Source: a bacterium (GTDB lineage Bacteria > Electryoneota > Electryoneia > Electryoneales > Electryoneaceae). From it: a stretch of 64,000 nt of DNA. The stretch is taken from positions 3,744,001-3,808,000 of the forward strand of contig CAXXKJ010000002.1 in the NCBI GenBank assembly GCA_963675295.2, in the 5' to 3' direction. Below the pieces are notes generated by a model that was not told where the DNA came from, did no database searches, and saw only the letters and a program-made list of their open reading frames with translations. The first letter of the stretch is position 1. Every line of letters starts with the position of its first letter. The translations under genes were made by a program, and so were the position numbers. Positions 60,635-64,000 of the stretch are shown in pieces.

Positions 60635-62479
60635 ATGAGGTGGACAAGGGGACTAGTGCTCGCAATGCTTGTGGTGATGGTGCCGTTTGCGGTATCGGCT
60701 GAGTTGGTTCAGCTGCCATCAGCGCCAGATAACGGCCAGATTCCGGCGAACACCGTGTACACCTGGCCGGGAACGGCGACGTTGACCGAAGACATGGTCG
60801 ATACGAACGCGGAACCGTTTTTCCCGGACATTCGTGCGGACCGGCTGAACGCCAACCAGGACGAAATCGGCCAGGGGAATCAGATCGATGATCTGACCCA
60901 GATCTACATTGACGGATTTTTCCCCGGCTGGGAAACAAACTGGGCCGGCCCCTATGGTGGCGGCTATGATTCCGGTGGCTCCTTTCACAGCTGGATATGG
61001 ACAGAGCGCACCGAACGGTCAAGCGTGGGCAGCTATGCGGCCTGGTGCGCCGGGGATGCGTCCGAGGTACCCGACCCGGGAACGGATACGTATCCGGACA
61101 ACATGGTCACCTGGATGTACTATGGACCGGTGGACATGAGCACGTATGATGGCGCGGCGATGGAATTCGATGCGTTCGTCGACTGCGAAGGACGGTGGGA
61201 CTACCTCTTCGCTGGAATCAGTTATGACGGCTACAACTTCACGGGGAACTATTATTCCGGTTACGACGGCGCCTGGCACACCAACCTGATGTTTTCGGAC
61301 GAATTCTCCGGCACAGCCAGCTCGGTCTATTTCCTGTTCAAATTCCAGAGTGACTACACCGGCAGCTCCGGTGAGGGCATGTGGATCGACCAGGTTCGTC
61401 TTTACGGTGACACATTCGTGCGGCCGGATCTGCGCCTGACCGGTTTCTCGTGGACGCCAATGAATCCGGCATCTGGCGCTTCAGTCGACATCACCTTGGA
61501 CTATACCAATGCCGGTGCGGGTGATGCCGGTCCATTTTACGTAGACGTATTTACCGACACTGACGGAGTGATGCCTGAGATCGGTCAGACTGGTGATATC
61601 GCCCACTACAATTCGAGTGGTCTTGCTGCCGGTGCCTCGACCTCGTACTCCTGGACCATCTCCTACCCGTCCAATGGTACTCGCTGGTTGACCGCGTTGA
61701 TCGATACCGATGAGTTAGTTGACGAATGGAATGAGAACAACAATACCTGGGGGGTCGAAAAACTTCCGGTCGGCACATCAACCATCATCTGGGCTGGTCC
61801 GGTCACACCAACCTTGGTGCCCGCCACTGGAGGCTGGATCAATTACGACGTGACAGCATACCAGTACACCGCAACGCAAACCCGCCCGGCCTGGATCAGC
61901 ATCCGCTACGGAACAGGCTTCTCTGTCGAAGTCTTCCAGACAGCAGGTCCGATCCCGATGGTTCCAGGACCACCACGCCTTGCTTCTCCCAACCACTACA
62001 TCCCGAGCAACGCACCGGGCGGCCACTATAAGGTGAACGTCTGCTTCGGGAGTTACCCGTGGTACCCCTACGACACCGGCGTCACCTATTTCTGGAAAGA
62101 TGGGCCGGTGGCGAACAGCCTGCGTGACTTTGAAGGGGTTGAGTTCCAGACCAGCGACCTCGAATGGACCGAAGTCATGGCGGATGATGGCACCACGATG
62201 AATACCCTGCCCACGGAATTCGCCATGGGCGCGGCCTATCCGAACCCGTTCAACCCGGCGACCACCATCTCGCTCGCGTTGCCCGAAACCACGGAATTGA
62301 CCGTCACCGTCTTCAACCTCCAGGGCCAGTTGGTGACCACTCTCGCGTCTGGTCAGTACCCGGCGGGTCAGCACCAGATCGTGTTTGACGCAACCGATCT
62401 GGCCAGTGGCGTCTACCTGGTTCAGGCCACGACCGGCGCTGGTGAGACAGCGGTACAGAAAGTGATCCTGATGAAGTAA
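60635..62479 (+). CDS. Secreted protein: jelly-roll/MAM-like + CARDB + Ig-like + T9SS-type CTD
   Basis: AAGGAGG SD; signal peptide; FKFQSD...GMWIDQV; PDL..TGFSW...DEWNENNN; YPNPFNP...KVILMK. Confidence 0.85.
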   Translation: MRWTRGLVLAMLVVMVPFAVSAELVQLPSAPDNGQIPANTVYTWPGTATLTEDMVDTNAEPFFPDIRADRLNANQDEIGQGNQIDDLTQIYIDGFFPGWETNWAGPYGGGYDSGGSFHSWIWTERTERSSVGSYAAWCAGDASEVPDPGTDTYPDNMVTWMYYGPVDMSTYDGAAMEFDAFVDCEGRWDYLFAGISYDGYNFTGNYYSGYDGAWHTNLMFSDEFSGTASSVYFLFKFQSDYTGSSGEGMWIDQVRLYGDTFVRPDLRLTGFSWTPMNPASGASVDITLDYTNAGAGDAGPFYVDVFTDTDGVMPEIGQTGDIAHYNSSGLAAGASTSYSWTISYPSNGTRWLTALIDTDELVDEWNENNNTWGVEKLPVGTSTIIWAGPVTPTLVPATGGWINYDVTAYQYTATQTRPAWISIRYGTGFSVEVFQTAGPIPMVPGPPRLASPNHYIPSNAPGGHYKVNVCFGSYPWYPYDTGVTYFWKDGPVANSLRDFEGVEFQTSDLEWTEVMADDGTTMNTLPTEFAMGAAYPNPFNPATTISLALPETTELTVTVFNLQGQLVTTLASGQYPAGQHQIVFDATDLASGVYLVQATTGAGETAVQKVILMK

Positions 62480-62509
62480 AACATGTAGGAAAAAGTATTG
62501 TATTTCAAC

Positions 62510-62535
62510 ATGCCAGCCTTTTGGCTGGCATTTTT
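62510..62535 (+). terminator. Intrinsic terminator
   Basis: atgccagcc-tttt-ggctggcat plus T-run. Confidence 0.85.
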
Positions 62536-62968
62536 GCTCTCTTCAGAGCAGAACTAACAATCGTTATCCAAAGCAAAACCAACGCAATACCTTTTATTAG
62601 CACATGCAAATACGCACTAACTACAGCAATGAAAAACGTGTGATAACAATCGGTTATCTTTGTAAATATGTCGTATTTTGTGATCCAAGTCACGGAACTC
62701 TGAATTCTTAACGTTGGTTCTTGACTTTAGGAGGGCTACGTTCTACTCTTTCACTCGGGTTGCGGGAGATATCCTACTATCACTCGCTTCGTACTGCTTC
62801 CACCCGCTCCCAATTTCTAGAACTGTTTCCATGATTTGATTTTCCCTTACAGGGAATCCGAATTTCTCTGCTCAATAAGTTCGGATACCCTAACATTCAG
62901 AATCTGCACGCTATTTCGGGTGTTGCAGAAAATCAAGTAGTGTAGTTTGACGAACCAGGAGAGATGCG

Positions 62969-64000
62969 ATGCGTTTGAAGAAAGCAATGGTCTTGACGTT
63001 GGCGGCGGCGATGGTCCCGCTGGCCTCGATGGCCGAGATCGTGAAACTTGACGCTGCCCCGCAGGAAATCAAGGGCACGGAAGTGCAGTCGGTGTACAGT
63101 TGGCCGGGTAGCATCACGGTTGACCAGAACATGATTGACCGCAATGCGGAATCGATTCAGGTGAAGCGCCCGTCCGCGATGCAGCTGGACGAGTTCAGCC
63201 AGAACGACACTCCGGTGATCGATGCTTTGACCCAGATCTACATCGACGGTTTCGCGCCGGGCTGGGATGCCAACTGGGCCGGCCCGTACGGTGGTGGCTA
63301 CGACAGCAACGGCGATTTCCAGTCCTGGCGTTGGAAGGAACGTACCGAACGTCAGAGCGTTGGCAGCTACGCCGCCTACTGCGCCGGTGATGCGACTCTG
63401 ATTCCGGATCCGCAGACTGATACGTACCCGGATGACATGGTCACCTGGATGTACTACGGTCCGGTCGACATGAGCACCTACGACGGCGCGGCTGTCGAAT
63501 TCGACATCTTTGTTGACTGCGAAGTCCGTTACGACAACGCCTTTGTCGGTATCAGCACCGACGGCGCCAATTTCGAAGGCTTGTTCTATTCCGGTTATGA
63601 TGGCGCCTGGTACACCAACGAATTCCTCCAGGTTGACATTCCGTCTGGTTCGACCCAGGTGTATTTCCTCTTCAAGTTCAAGAGTGACTACACCGCCAGC
63701 TCGGGCGAAGGCATCTGGGTTGATCAGGTCCGTTTCTACGGCTACAACCCCGATCCGGCTCCGCTGCCGGCCGACCTCCGCATCACTGACATCAGCTGGG
63801 CGCCGATGAACCCGGCTCCGGGTGCCAATGTTGATGTGACCGTCGACTACGAAAACGCCGGCCTCGGTGATGCCAGCTCCTTCTGGATCGACCTCTTCGT
63901 CGATACCGACGGCGTCATGCCGCCGATCGGCCAGACCAGCGGCTTCGCACACAGCGTGTCCGGTGGCCTCGCCGCTGGCGCGTCTGACTCGTACACCTTC
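62969..64000 (+). CDS. Tandem paralog of 60635, truncated by the window end and absent from the ORF track
   Basis: AGGAG SD; MRLKKAMVLTLAAAMVPLASMA...LTQIYIDGF.PGW..NWAGPYGGGYDS...; frame open to 64000. Confidence 0.9.
   Translation, partial: MRLKKAMVLTLAAAMVPLASMAEIVKLDAAPQEIKGTEVQSVYSWPGSITVDQNMIDRNAESIQVKRPSAMQLDEFSQNDTPVIDALTQIYIDGFAPGWDANWAGPYGGGYDSNGDFQSWRWKERTERQSVGSYAAYCAGDATLIPDPQTDTYPDDMVTWMYYGPVDMSTYDGAAVEFDIFVDCEVRYDNAFVGISTDGANFEGLFYSGYDGAWYTNEFLQVDIPSGSTQVYFLFKFKSDYTASSGEGIWVDQVRFYGYNPDPAPLPADLRITDISWAPMNPAPGANVDVTVDYENAGLGDASSFWIDLFVDTDGVMPPIGQTSGFAHSVSGGLAAGASDSYTF

Overview
GC-rich (apart from a few AT-rich intergenic patches) bacterial chromosomal window. Five complete secreted proteins ending in a T9SS-type/FlgD-like C-terminal sorting domain (plus a window-truncated paralog) suggest an FCB-superphylum lineage, possibly a candidate phylum (inference). 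1-13.3 kb is the conserved infB-DUF503-rbfA-nrnA-truB-ribF-rpsO-pnp-M16 peptidase cluster. It is interrupted by (i) an AT-rich four-helix-bundle (23S-IVP/Avd-like) gene bracketed by a 41-bp inverted array of 10-nt repeats and (ii) three paralogous lipoprotein genes. The rest is mixed housekeeping and accessory DNA: hybrid kinase, flippase, three FadL/PorV-like barrels, FtsX-type permease, pyk, S41 protease, fabL, porin-amt, a sensorless kinase plus NarL regulator, an OprC-like copper TonB receptor, tRNA-Ser(GGA), sucrose-phosphate synthase, feoB with a DtxR-FeoA fusion, an AlkZ-like glycosylase, glnA and PIN-PhoH. The most interesting signal is the repeat-flanked four-helix-bundle module together with several orphan 7-nt periodic arrays at gene boundaries, which could be traces of an uncharacterised mobile or RNA-level system. 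No CRISPR array, reverse transcriptase or transposase was found. All family calls come from motif recognition by eye, not from database searches.
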